DNA of 64,000 nucleotides from contig JADJOM010000002.1 in assembly GCA_016713785.1 (NCBI GenBank), positions 461,393 to 525,392 of the forward strand. Direction: 5' to 3'. Each line of letters opens with the position of its first letter. Position 1 is the first letter of the stretch. The notes beneath the pieces were generated by a model. It was not told the origin of the DNA. It ran no database searches and saw only the letters and a list, made by a program, of their open reading frames with translations. The stretch comes from Gemmatimonadota bacterium. Lineage in GTDB: Bacteria > Gemmatimonadota > Gemmatimonadetes > Gemmatimonadales > GWC2-71-9. This document shows, piece after piece, positions 56,701 to 64,000 of the stretch. The translations under genes and the position numbers were made by a program.

Positions 56701-59451
56701 GCCCGGGATGCCCACCGCGATGCCGTGGGCGCAGTGCTCGAAGGCGTCGGCCCACTGCCGCAGCTCCCGCTCGGCCTCGTGCCGCGTCGTCACGTCGGTG
56801 ATCGTGATCGCCGCGACCTTCCCCCCGCCCGGCAGCTCCACGATGGCGCCGCCGTAGCGGAACACCCGCCGCCACTCGGTGTCGAGCCGGCGCACCCGCA
56901 GCGCCACGTTGTCGATCCGCTCTCCCCGCAGGATGCGGCTGACGGGCCACTCCGCCTCCGGGAGGACGCGGCCGTCGAGGCCGCTCAGCTCGTAGAGGGC
57001 GGCGAACTCGGGGACCCGGAGCAGCCAGGCCTCCGCATCCCCGAAGCCATGCATCTGGAGCGCGGCGCGGTTCCAGCTGAGGAGGCGGCCCGAGAGGTCG
57101 GCCACCACCACCCCCTCGCCCAGGTGCTCCAGCACCGCCTGCACCCGCTCCTCGCTCGAGCGCAGCAGCGCCTCGGTGCGGCGCCGCTCGGTGGCGTCCT
57201 TGATCACGCCGTGCCAGGTGGTACCGCCGTCGGGGTCGCGTACCGGGATGGCGTGGGTCTCGGTCCAGACCTCCCGGCCGTCGGGCCGCCGGAAGCGGGC
57301 CTCGAAGTGCAGCGGGGTGAGGTCCCGGGCGGACGTGTCGATCGCCGCCAGGGTGCCCGCGCGGTCTTCCGGGTGGACCATGCCCATCAGGACCGTGGCG
57401 TCGCGCTGGAACTGCTCCAGCGGCACGCCATAGATGCGCTCGAGGCTGCGGCTGGCGTACGGGAAGTGGATCGGTCCCGATGGCGGCCGCCGGAAGGAAT
57501 GCAGCGCGCCCGGGGAGGCGTCGGCGATCCGCGACAGCCGGGCCTGCTCCTCCGCGAGGGACGCGGTCGCCCGCCGCGTCTCCTCGATCTCGGTGCAGGC
57601 CCCGAACCATTCCGTGATCGTCCCGTCCGCGCCGCGGAGTGGCATGCCCTGGACGTCGAACCAGCGGTAGGCGCCGTCCGCCCGGCGCAGCCGCAATTCG
57701 GTGTGGTGGTCGGCGCCGGTGGCCACCGCCTGGCGCCACTCCGCCAGCACCCGGTCGCGGTCCTCCGGGTGGACCTGCTCCGACCAGCCGCTGCCGAGGT
57801 GCTCCGCCACGGCGCGGCCGGTGAACTCGGCCCAGTGCCGGCTCAGGAAGGTGCAGGCCCCGTCGGGCCCGCAGGTCCAGACCAGCTGCGGCAGTGAGTC
57901 CACCACCTGCTGGAAGCGTCGCCGGGGGGGGGGGCCGCCACCGGGGGCGAGCCCGGGCCTCGTGGATGTCGGTGAGCGATCCGACCCACTTGACGAGGGC
58001 CCCGGTGACCTCGCGCACCGGCGCGCAGCGCAGCTCGTGCCAGCGCCAGGCGCCGTCGTGCCGGCGGTGCCGGAACTCGGTCTGGAAGGGAGCGCCGCTC
58101 GCCAGCCCCGCCACCCGGCAGGCCACGGTGCTCTCGCGGTCGTCGGGGTGAATGGTCTCGATCCAGCGGGTGCGCATCTCCTCCAGGCTGTACCCGGCAT
58201 ACGCCAGCCCCGCTGGCTCATGAAGTCCTCGGTGCCGTCCGCCTGCATCGTCCAGGTGATGTGCGGCAGCCCCTCGGCCAGCTGCCGGAAGGTGGCCTCG
58301 CGGTCCAGCAGCGCCTCGCGCCACGCCCGCTCCGTGGTGATGTCGCGGATGGTGCCCACCATCCGTTGCGGCACCCCCGCGGCGTCGTACTGCGCCCGGG
58401 CCACGTTCTCGATCCACCGCACCTGCCCGTCGGGGCGGATGATGCGGAACTCCAGCCGGAACTGCTCCCGCCGGCCCACCGCCTCCGCCGATTCCCGGGC
58501 CACCGCGTCGGCGTCGTCCGGGTGGATCCGCCGCTCCCACGCCTCGACCGTGCCATCGAACTGGTCCGGCGTGAGCCCCACGATCGCGTAGCACTCCGGC
58601 GACCAGATCACGTCGTGGGTCCGGATGTCCCACTCCCACACCCCCGTATGCGTGGCCGCCAGCGCCAGCGCCAGCCGCTCCTCCTGCGCCGCGAGCGCGG
58701 CGGCGGCGAGCTTCCGCTCCGTGATGTCGGTGACGGTGCCGATCATCCGGGTGCGGGGGCCGTCGGCGCCGGGAAACCACCGCGCCAGGTTTTCCACCCA
58801 GCGGGTGCCCCGGCGCCCCACTACCCGGAACTCGTGCCGCAGCTCGGTCCCGTCCTCGAAGGAGCGCGTGGTGGCGGCCACCACCCGGGCGAGGTCCTCG
58901 GGATGCACGCAGCGCTGGAAGCCGGCCACCGTGCCGTCGAACGCCGGCGCGTCCATGATGTCGTAGCACTCGCGCGACCAGTACACCGCGTCGGTCGCGG
59001 GGAACCACTCCCACACGCCCATCTCCGCCGCCTGCAGCGCCAGCCGCAGCCGCGCCTCGCTCTCGGCGCGGGTGGACTCCACCAGCTGGTCCACGATCGG
59101 CCGGAGGGCCGAGGTGTCGGGTTCCGCGTCGTCGGCGAGGGTGAGCACGTCGGTCACCGCGATGACCTCGCCGCGATGATCCAGCACCGGGGAGGAGGTG
59201 AGCCACACCCGCACCCGGGTGCCATCCTTGCGCAGCCGCTCGGTGAGCACCGGCGGTCCGCCGCATGGCAGCGTGGCCGCCGCGGCGCGCAGCTCCGCGG
59301 GGATCAGCGCGGCCGCCGGGGTCCCCAGCGCCTCGGCGGCCCCGAGACCGAGCAGCGCGCTCGCGCCCGGGCTGAGGCTGGTGATGCGTCCATCGAGGTC
59401 GCGCACCAGGGCCGCGAGCGGAGCAGAGTCCATCGTGCCAGTATCGGTCAA
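53752..59451 (-). CDS. giant multi-PAS hybrid sensor histidine kinase/response regulator (contains a 270-nt out-of-frame segment)
   Basis: 1899-aa ORF with about a dozen PAS/PAC units, H-box GGVAHDFNNWL, ATPase GTGLGLA and a C-terminal receiver. Between about 57935 and 58207 the biologically sensible PAS sequence (LAYAGYSLEEMRTRWIETIHPDD...WVGSLTDIHEARA) is in the frame of ORF 54092..59266. Confidence 0.85.
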   Translation of the reverse strand: MTDTGTMDSAPLAALVRDLDGRITSLSPGASALLGLGAAEALGTPAAALIPAELRAAAATLPCGGPPVLTERLRKDGTRVRVWLTSSPVLDHRGEVIAVTDVLTLADDAEPDTSALRPIVDQLVESTRAESEARLRLALQAAEMGVWEWFPATDAVYWSRECYDIMDAPAFDGTVAGFQRCVHPEDLARVVAATTRSFEDGTELRHEFRVVGRRGTRWVENLARWFPGADGPRTRMIGTVTDITERKLAAAALAAQEERLALALAATHTGVWEWDIRTHDVIWSPECYAIVGLTPDQFDGTVEAWERRIHPDDADAVARESAEAVGRREQFRLEFRIIRPDGQVRWIENVARAQYDAAGVPQRMVGTIRDITTERAWREALLDREATFRQLAEGLPHITWTMQADGTEDFMSQRGWRMPGTAWRRCAPAGSRPFTPTTARAPWPAGWRGWRAALPSRPSSGTAGTTAPGAGTSCAARRCARSPGPSSSGSDRSPTSTRPGLAPGGGPPPRRRFQQVVDSLPQLVWTCGPDGACTFLSRHWAEFTGRAVAEHLGSGWSEQVHPEDRDRVLAEWRQAVATGADHHTELRLRRADGAYRWFDVQGMPLRGADGTITEWFGACTEIEETRRATASLAEEQARLSRIADASPGALHSFRRPPSGPIHFPYASRSLERIYGVPLEQFQRDATVLMGMVHPEDRAGTLAAIDTSARDLTPLHFEARFRRPDGREVWTETHAIPVRDPDGGTTWHGVIKDATERRRTEALLRSSEERVQAVLEHLGEGVVVADLSGRLLSWNRAALQMHGFGDAEAWLLRVPEFAALYELSGLDGRVLPEAEWPVSRILRGERIDNVALRVRRLDTEWRRVFRYGGAIVELPGGGKVAAITITDVTTRHEAERELRQWADAFEHCAHGIAVGIPGRNQLMACNPAYARLLERTAEELRGAAIADLYDAADRPRVQQAMVEADREGQARVEARMLRPEGRAVDVQVDIVSVRGADGAVQYRIATVQDISQRKQAAESLRGMSDWLQAIVRSSPLPIVALDNDGTVLLWNQAAEALFGWSAEEVLGLPFPIVPKDLEAEYDELRQRVAAGRPFRNLQTRRMTRDRRSIDVSISTAPLHDRTGRVMGLVAAYLDLTEQRALRRELSASEERLSLAFKASPSGSVMLRCADRTIVEINQVMCDLSGYPREEVLGKTTQELGGFIPAEFHEALWHRLDTEGRLAQVDYPFRRKDGTARHALVSAERIHLGGEDYILGVFLDVTDRKLAEQALRESEERMRLFVEHAPASLAMFDRDMRYLSVSRRWLTDYALGDRDLRGLCHYDVFPEIGETWRAVHRRALAGEVVREDADRFVRADGSVHWLRWEVRPWLEASGAVGGILVFSEDITASLAAQEALRDTEHRFRQLAESIREVFWLTAVGKHQMLYISPGYEAIWGRSCQRLYDHPGDWLDAIHPEDRERVLEAAMTRQAAGTYDEEYRIVRPDGSIRWIRDQAFPVRDADGRVVRVAGVAEDITERRQLEAQLRQTQKMESIGLLAGGVAHDFNNWLTVIAGNAELLQDVVPEETDGRELIGEILHAGERAAALTRQLLAFSRREVIEPQVLDLNTVVVDTEKMLRRLLGEDILLTTALAPALPRVLVDPGQWSQVLLNLAVNARDAMPTGGQLTLETRALEVDEHFLRGRPGLGPGRYLQLTISDTGCGMTPEVRARIFEPFYTTKSRGKGTGLGLAVVHGIVTQAGGAIEVYTEPGLGTSFKIYLPTVDQAALGSALEQEVQDVRGTETILLVEDEESVRRVAALALRPYGYAVLQAGNGREALEVAARHPGPIHLLLTDVVMPYMDGRELAATLTTRDPDLRVLYTSGYTDDAVMRHGILQAEVTFLSKPYTPMALLRKARQVLDRK

Positions 59452-59639
59452 TGCAGCGGACGGGGTGAGCCGGAGGAGAACATCACGATCCTACGGTGCA
59501 GCCATCCGTGCCCGGGTGCAAGGAGGTGGCGAACCATGCACACCATCCAGCACATCTTCGGCCATGGCGGGATTTCGGCGCGGACAATCCCCGCACGAAA
59601 CGCATGCCTTGTTCCCGGGCACTCACCGGGATGGCGCGT

Positions 59640-60287
59640 TCAGGCCGGGACCAGCGCGGCGAGGGCGGCGGTGAGGATGGGCGGGACCTTCGAGGCATCG
59701 TGCTGCAACAGCCGGGGCCGGGCCGGGTCGGCGTTGTCCACCACCACCTGCGCGGCGGCGCGCGGGCGGTGCTCCGCATGGTAGCGCCGCTGGCCCGGCA
59801 CGTAGCGCCGGTCGAGCCGGCGCTCCACCTCCTCGCGGGCGCGGCCACGGGCGGTATCGCGCGCCACCAGGCGCGCCCGCGCCACGGCCTCGGGCGCCTC
59901 GAGGTAGACCGCGGTGACCGGGATCGTTCCCGAGGGGATCCGCCGCACGAACACCCCCTCGATGACCAGCACGGGGCGGGCGCCGAGCACCACGCGCCGC
60001 TCGGGGAGCGGGGCGCCCGCCAGGCCGTCGTAGGCGGGGATCATCAGCTCCAGTGCGCCGGCCGCGAAGGTGCGCACCAGCCAGCCCAGCCGCTCGAGGT
60101 CGTAGTACTGCTCGTAGTAGAGCGTGGCTTCGTCACCGCTGGCCCAGTCCAGGGGGCGGCGGAAGTCATCCACCCGCACCAGCACGGGGGTGGCGCCCGC
60201 CACCGCCAGCTCGGTGACCAGCCGCGCGGCGAAGGTGGACTTGCCGCAGCCGTCCACGCCATCGACGGTGATGATCGGGCGATTCAT
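59640..60287 (-). CDS. P-loop nucleoside/nucleotide kinase-like protein
   Basis: ATG 60287 overlaps the upstream stop (ATGA). 215 aa. Walker A ITVDGVDGCGKST is dTMP-kinase/uridine-kinase-like. The rest is not diagnostic. Confidence 0.55.
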   Translation of the reverse strand: MNRPIITVDGVDGCGKSTFAARLVTELAVAGATPVLVRVDDFRRPLDWASGDEATLYYEQYYDLERLGWLVRTFAAGALELMIPAYDGLAGAPLPERRVVLGARPVLVIEGVFVRRIPSGTIPVTAVYLEAPEAVARARLVARDTARGRAREEVERRLDRRYVPGQRRYHAEHRPRAAAQVVVDNADPARPRLLQHDASKVPPILTAALAALVPA

Positions 60288-61114
60288 GAAGGCCAGCACT
60301 CCCGGGCCAGTGCCACCAGGGCGGCGTGATGGTGGCCGGCGCTCAGCAGCACCCCGCGATGATGCCCGACATCCGGCTGGTTGTATCGGAACGGTACGCC
60401 GTCGGCGTCGGTCACGGTGCCTCCCGCTTCGGTGACGATGAGGCCCGGCGCGGCGGTGTCCCACTCGTGCTCGCGGTCGTGCAGCGTGACGCAGCAGTCG
60501 AGCGCGCCCCCGGCGAGCAGCAGGTGCTTGATCGACGCGCCGCGCGGCTCCGCGGCCGCCGCGAGCCCGCCCCGCGCCAGGAACCGCTCCAGCGCCGGGT
60601 GCATGGCGGTGCGGGTGATGCCGGTGCGGTACTGCGCGAGCGGCCGCGCCGGCGCCACCGACAGCGGGTGGGCGCCCTGCGCGTCATGACGCAGCGCGCC
60701 GCCACCCCGCACCGCCACGTACACCGCGCCGTCCGCGGGCCACGCCACCGCCGCCACCACCGGCACCCCCTCCACCGCGAGCGCCACGTGCACCGCACAG
60801 TCGCCGGAGCCGGCCACGAAGTCGCGGGTGCCGTCGAGCGGATCGACGATCCACACCCGGTGGGCCCGGAGACGCGCGGGGTCGTCGGCCAGCTCCTCAC
60901 TGAGGATGGCGTCGGCGGGGAAGGCGGAGCGCAGCACCGCGAGGATGCGCGCGTTGGCGGCGAGGTCGGTGGCGGTGACCGGCGAGCCGTCGGGCTTCTG
61001 CGCCGCCGGCGGCGCCGCGCCGGGCGGCGGGAAGAGCGCCGCCGCCGCCTCCGCCGCGGCGCGGGCCACGGCGAGTTCCTGGTCCCACGGTCCCGCGGAG
61101 GGCGCCAGCGGCAT
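60284..61114 (-). CDS. inositol monophosphatase family protein (CysQ-like 3'(2'),5'-bisphosphate nucleotidase)
   Basis: ATG 61114. 276 aa. Motifs SEE, WIVDPLDGT and EWDTAAP are characteristic of the IMPase/CysQ family. Confidence 0.75.
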   Translation of the reverse strand: MPLAPSAGPWDQELAVARAAAEAAAALFPPPGAAPPAAQKPDGSPVTATDLAANARILAVLRSAFPADAILSEELADDPARLRAHRVWIVDPLDGTRDFVAGSGDCAVHVALAVEGVPVVAAVAWPADGAVYVAVRGGGALRHDAQGAHPLSVAPARPLAQYRTGITRTAMHPALERFLARGGLAAAAEPRGASIKHLLLAGGALDCCVTLHDREHEWDTAAPGLIVTEAGGTVTDADGVPFRYNQPDVGHHRGVLLSAGHHHAALVALARECWPS

Positions 61115-61122
61115 GGAGAGGC

Positions 61123-62262
61123 TCAGTCGAGGGTCTTGTGGAACCGGCGGACGCTGAGCGCCACGATCACGACGGCAAAGGTGCACAGCGCGGCGAGTTC
61201 CGGCCAGAGCGCCGCCGCCCCCACGCCCCGGAGCAGGATCCCCCGCAGGATCTCCAGGAAATAGGTGAGCGGAAAGGCCAGGCCGATCCACTGCGCCGCC
61301 TCCGGCATCGCCGCCCGGGGAAACATGAACCCCGACAGCAGGATGTTGGGCAGGATGAACATGAACCCCGCCTGCATCGCCTGCGCCTGGGTCTGCACCA
61401 GCGTGGAGAAGAAGAGCCCGATGCCCAGGCTCGCCACGATGAACGGGAACGCCATCAGGTACAGCAGCGGCAGGCTGCCCCGCAGCGGCACGTCGAACAC
61501 CAGCCGGCCCAGCAGCAGGATGACGGTGATCTGCACGTACCCCACCAGCAGGAACGGCACGATCTTGCCGAGCATCAGGCTGGTGCGGTCGATCGGCGTG
61601 ACGATCAGCTGCTCCAGCGTGCCCCGCTCCCGCTCCCGCACCACCGCCATCGCGGTGATGATCACCATGGTGATCGACAGCAGCACCCCGATGATCCCCG
61701 GCACGATGTAGGTGCTGCTCTCGAGCATCGGGTTGTACCAGGGGCGCACCCGCAACTCGGCGGCGCGGCGGCTCGGCGGCGCGGCCGTGGGTTGGAAGGC
61801 CAGGCCCGCCTGCGTGGCCCCCTGCAGCGCCGCCGCGCTCGACATCGGGTCGGCGGCATCCACCAGCACCTGGGCCTGCGCCCCGCGGCCGCGCTTCCAG
61901 TCGCGGGTGAAGTCATGGGGGATGATCACCGCCGCCGCGGCATCGCCCCGGCGGATCCACGCCTCCGCCTCCGCCCGGCTGTGGATGTGCGCGATGACGT
62001 CGAAGTAGGTGGAGTTCTGCAGCGTGGCCACCAGCGCCCGGCTCTCGCTGCTCCGCGCCTCGTCCAGCACCAGGGTGGGCAGGTGCCGCACCTCGGTGCG
62101 GATGGCGAAGCCGAACAGCATCAGCTGGATGGCGGGGATGCCCACCATCATGGCCAGGGTCAGCCGGTCGCGCCGCATCTGGATGAACTCCTTGCGGAGC
62201 ATGGGCCAGAAGGCAAGGCGGGCGAACCAGCCGGCCCGGCGACGCGACGGCTCGGGCGTCAT
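61123..62262 (-). CDS. ABC-2 type transporter permease
   Basis: ATG 62262 with ATGA overlap to the ATPase gene. 379 aa. N-terminal MLRKEFIQMRRDRLTLAMMVGIP, a large periplasmic loop and C-terminal TM bundle (YbhS/YbhR-like). Confidence 0.8.
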   Translation of the reverse strand: MTPEPSRRRAGWFARLAFWPMLRKEFIQMRRDRLTLAMMVGIPAIQLMLFGFAIRTEVRHLPTLVLDEARSSESRALVATLQNSTYFDVIAHIHSRAEAEAWIRRGDAAAAVIIPHDFTRDWKRGRGAQAQVLVDAADPMSSAAALQGATQAGLAFQPTAAPPSRRAAELRVRPWYNPMLESSTYIVPGIIGVLLSITMVIITAMAVVRERERGTLEQLIVTPIDRTSLMLGKIVPFLLVGYVQITVILLLGRLVFDVPLRGSLPLLYLMAFPFIVASLGIGLFFSTLVQTQAQAMQAGFMFILPNILLSGFMFPRAAMPEAAQWIGLAFPLTYFLEILRGILLRGVGAAALWPELAALCTFAVVIVALSVRRFHKTLD

Positions 62263-63011
62263 GCCGTGGCCCCGTCCCGTTCCTGCAGCGCGATGAACGC
62301 GTCCTCCAGCGTGGGCTGGCCCAGCTGCACCGTGATCTCGTGCGGCGCGCCCACCGTCACCAGCTTGCCCCGCCACAGGAGCGCCACCCGCCCGCACCGC
62401 TCCGCCTCGTCCATGTAGTGCGTGGTGACGAGGATCGTGGTGCCGCGCCCCGCCAGCTCGCGGATCACCTGCCAGAACTGCCGCCGCGCCGCCGGGTCCA
62501 CCCCGGCGGTGGGCTCGTCCAGGAAGAGCACGTCGGGCCGGTGGCTGGTGGCGCAGGCCAGCGAGAGCCGCTGCTTCCACCCGCCGCTGAGCGTGCCCGC
62601 CAGCTGCCGGCGTCGCGGCGTGAACGCCAGCTCCGCGATCAGCTCCTCCACCCGCGCCTTCCCCTCCGCGCCCACCAGCCCGTACAGCCCGGCGTAGAAG
62701 CGCAGGTTCTCCTCCACCGTGAGGTCGTCGTACAGGCCGTAGCGCTGCGACATGTACCCGAGCCGCCGCCGCACCGCCTCCGGCTCCCGCACCACGTCGA
62801 TCCCCGCCACCCGCGCCGTGCCGGAGGTCGGCGGCATCAGGCCGGTGAGCATGCGGATGGTGGTGGTCTTGCCGGAGCCGTTGGAGCCGAGCAGCCCGAA
62901 GATCTCGCCCCGCTGGATCACCAGGTCGAGCCGCTCCACCGCCACCAGCTCGCCGAAGCGCTTGTGCAGCGCCTCGGTGACGATGGCCGGCGCGCCCGCG
63001 GGTCCGGTCAC
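62259..63011 (-). CDS. ABC transporter ATP-binding protein
   Basis: 250 aa. Walker A GSNGSGKTT, signature LSGGWKQRL, Walker B LFLDEPT. Confidence 0.9.
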   Translation of the reverse strand: MTGPAGAPAIVTEALHKRFGELVAVERLDLVIQRGEIFGLLGSNGSGKTTTIRMLTGLMPPTSGTARVAGIDVVREPEAVRRRLGYMSQRYGLYDDLTVEENLRFYAGLYGLVGAEGKARVEELIAELAFTPRRRQLAGTLSGGWKQRLSLACATSHRPDVLFLDEPTAGVDPAARRQFWQVIRELAGRGTTILVTTHYMDEAERCGRVALLWRGKLVTVGAPHEITVQLGQPTLEDAFIALQERDGATA

Positions 63012-63982
63012 GGCGCCGCCGGCCGGAAGCGCACGTTCACCGGGAGCCCCGGCCGGAACCCCGGCGGCGCGCTGTCGAGCGCCACCCGGCTCGCAAAGAG
63101 GAGGTCGGCCCGCTCCTCCTCGGTGAGTGCCGCGCGCGGGGTGAACTCGGCCTTGGGGCTCACCGAGAGGAGGTGGCCGCGGGCCGCCGGCTCGGCGGCT
63201 CGGGCACCCGGCGGCTCAGCCACCGTGACTTCGGCGGGGGCGCCGGCGGCGAGCGTGGCCAGCAGCGCGGCGGGGAGGTACACCCGCACCCAGCGATGAC
63301 TCACGTCGCCCACGGTGGCGATGGGCGTCCCGGCCGGCACCACTTCACCGGGATCGGCGTGACGGCCCAGCACCACGCCCGCCACCGGGGCCAGCACGGC
63401 GAGCTCGTCCAAGTCGGCGGTGGCGCCGCGCAGCAGCGCCTCGGCACTCGCCACCTCGGCCTCGGCGGCGCGCACCTGGTCGCTGCGGCTGCCTTCCTGT
63501 GCGAGTGCAAGCACCGCGCGCGCCGCGTCGCGCCGGCGGGCCGCCGCCTCGGCGCCGGAGCGGATCCGGTCGTACTCCTGCTGCGCGATCACCTTGTCGG
63601 CCACCAGGCGGTTGGCGCGCTCCAGGTCCTTCGCGGCGCGGTCGGCGTCGGCCTCCGCGGCGGCCAGCTCCGCCTCCGCACGCGCCAGCTCCGGTTCGCG
63701 CGAGCCACGGCGCAGGTCGGCGAGCCGCGCGCGCGCCACGGCCAGCCGGGCGCGGCGGTCCTCCGCCTGCGCCGGGAGGGTGCGCTGGGTCAGGATGGCG
63801 ATCGTGTCGCCGCCGGCGACGGTGTCGCCCTCCTGCACCCGGAGCTCCACGATCCGCCCGCCCACCAGCGGCGCCGCGTCGGATTCGTCGAGCTCGATGG
63901 TGCCGGGATAGGTGGTGCCGCCGTCGCCGCGGGCACAGGCGGCCAGCAGGAGGAGCGGGAGGAGGGCGGTCGGTCGACGCAT
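63008..63982 (-). CDS. HlyD-family membrane fusion lipoprotein (YbhG-like)
   Basis: 324 aa. Lipobox LLLAAC. Lipoyl motif, a long Ala/Arg/Glu coiled coil and beta-barrel motif LAPVAGVV. GTGA overlap with the ATPase gene. Confidence 0.8.
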   Translation of the reverse strand: MRRPTALLPLLLLAACARGDGGTTYPGTIELDESDAAPLVGGRIVELRVQEGDTVAGGDTIAILTQRTLPAQAEDRRARLAVARARLADLRRGSREPELARAEAELAAAEADADRAAKDLERANRLVADKVIAQQEYDRIRSGAEAAARRRDAARAVLALAQEGSRSDQVRAAEAEVASAEALLRGATADLDELAVLAPVAGVVLGRHADPGEVVPAGTPIATVGDVSHRWVRVYLPAALLATLAAGAPAEVTVAEPPGARAAEPAARGHLLSVSPKAEFTPRAALTEEERADLLFASRVALDSAPPGFRPGLPVNVRFRPAAP

Positions 63983-64000
63983 CGAGTCACTCGGCAGGGC

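Noticed and set aside
59536-59784. An 83-codon plus-strand ORF (MHTIQHIFGHGG...) preceded by a strong AAGGAGG.
   Set aside because: Most of it is antisense to the P-loop kinase gene and its sequence is low-complexity. The RBS-like motif may be coincidental. It is only worth revisiting if Ribo-seq shows translation.

Overview
High-GC (roughly 70% or more by eye) bacterial chromosomal segment. Its gene content looks like Gemmatimonadota or Acidobacteriota: two PadR plus ADOP orphan-permease pairs, HAF/PKD lipoproteins, an ECF sigma factor paired with a Ser/Thr kinase, and giant PAS-array hybrid kinases. I support about 50 protein-coding genes, mostly in tightly packed operons with overlapping start and stop codons. 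I saw no rRNA, tRNA, CRISPR array, transposase, integrase or prophage genes. All functional calls come from motifs read off the translations, not from searches.

Main blocks, left to right:
- ChaN-like lipoprotein and small membrane proteins.
- A 1360-aa GAF/PAS hybrid histidine kinase.
- A periplasmic dehydrogenase operon: 2Fe-2S subunit, molybdopterin subunit, cytochrome c and PQQ dehydrogenase, ending in an ECF sigma gene that converges on a TPR Ser/Thr kinase.
- Di-haem peroxidase; ogt; a ParB/DGQHR-like orphan gene preceded by a heptanucleotide microsatellite.
- PadR-ADOP pair 1.
- Two HAF/PKD lipoproteins; galE; a PF10136-type membrane protein; a GH26-like lipoprotein; DPP-IV.
- sahR-like regulator with ahcY.
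- An SPFH / NAD-kinase-fold / NrtR-Nudix / MBL operon with tandem GT-N7-AC operators. I consider this the most interesting candidate system.
- PadR-ADOP pair 2; oligopeptidase B.
- TetR with a TolC-MFP-RND efflux operon.
- A 1899-aa multi-PAS hybrid kinase.
- A HlyD / ABC / ABC-2 / CysQ-like / P-loop kinase operon.

Five single-base indels, four of them within short or long single-nucleotide runs, disrupt ahcY, the NAD-kinase-like gene and the TetR gene, and throw one PAS domain of the large kinase out of frame. These are most likely sequencing errors, but they matter for annotation.
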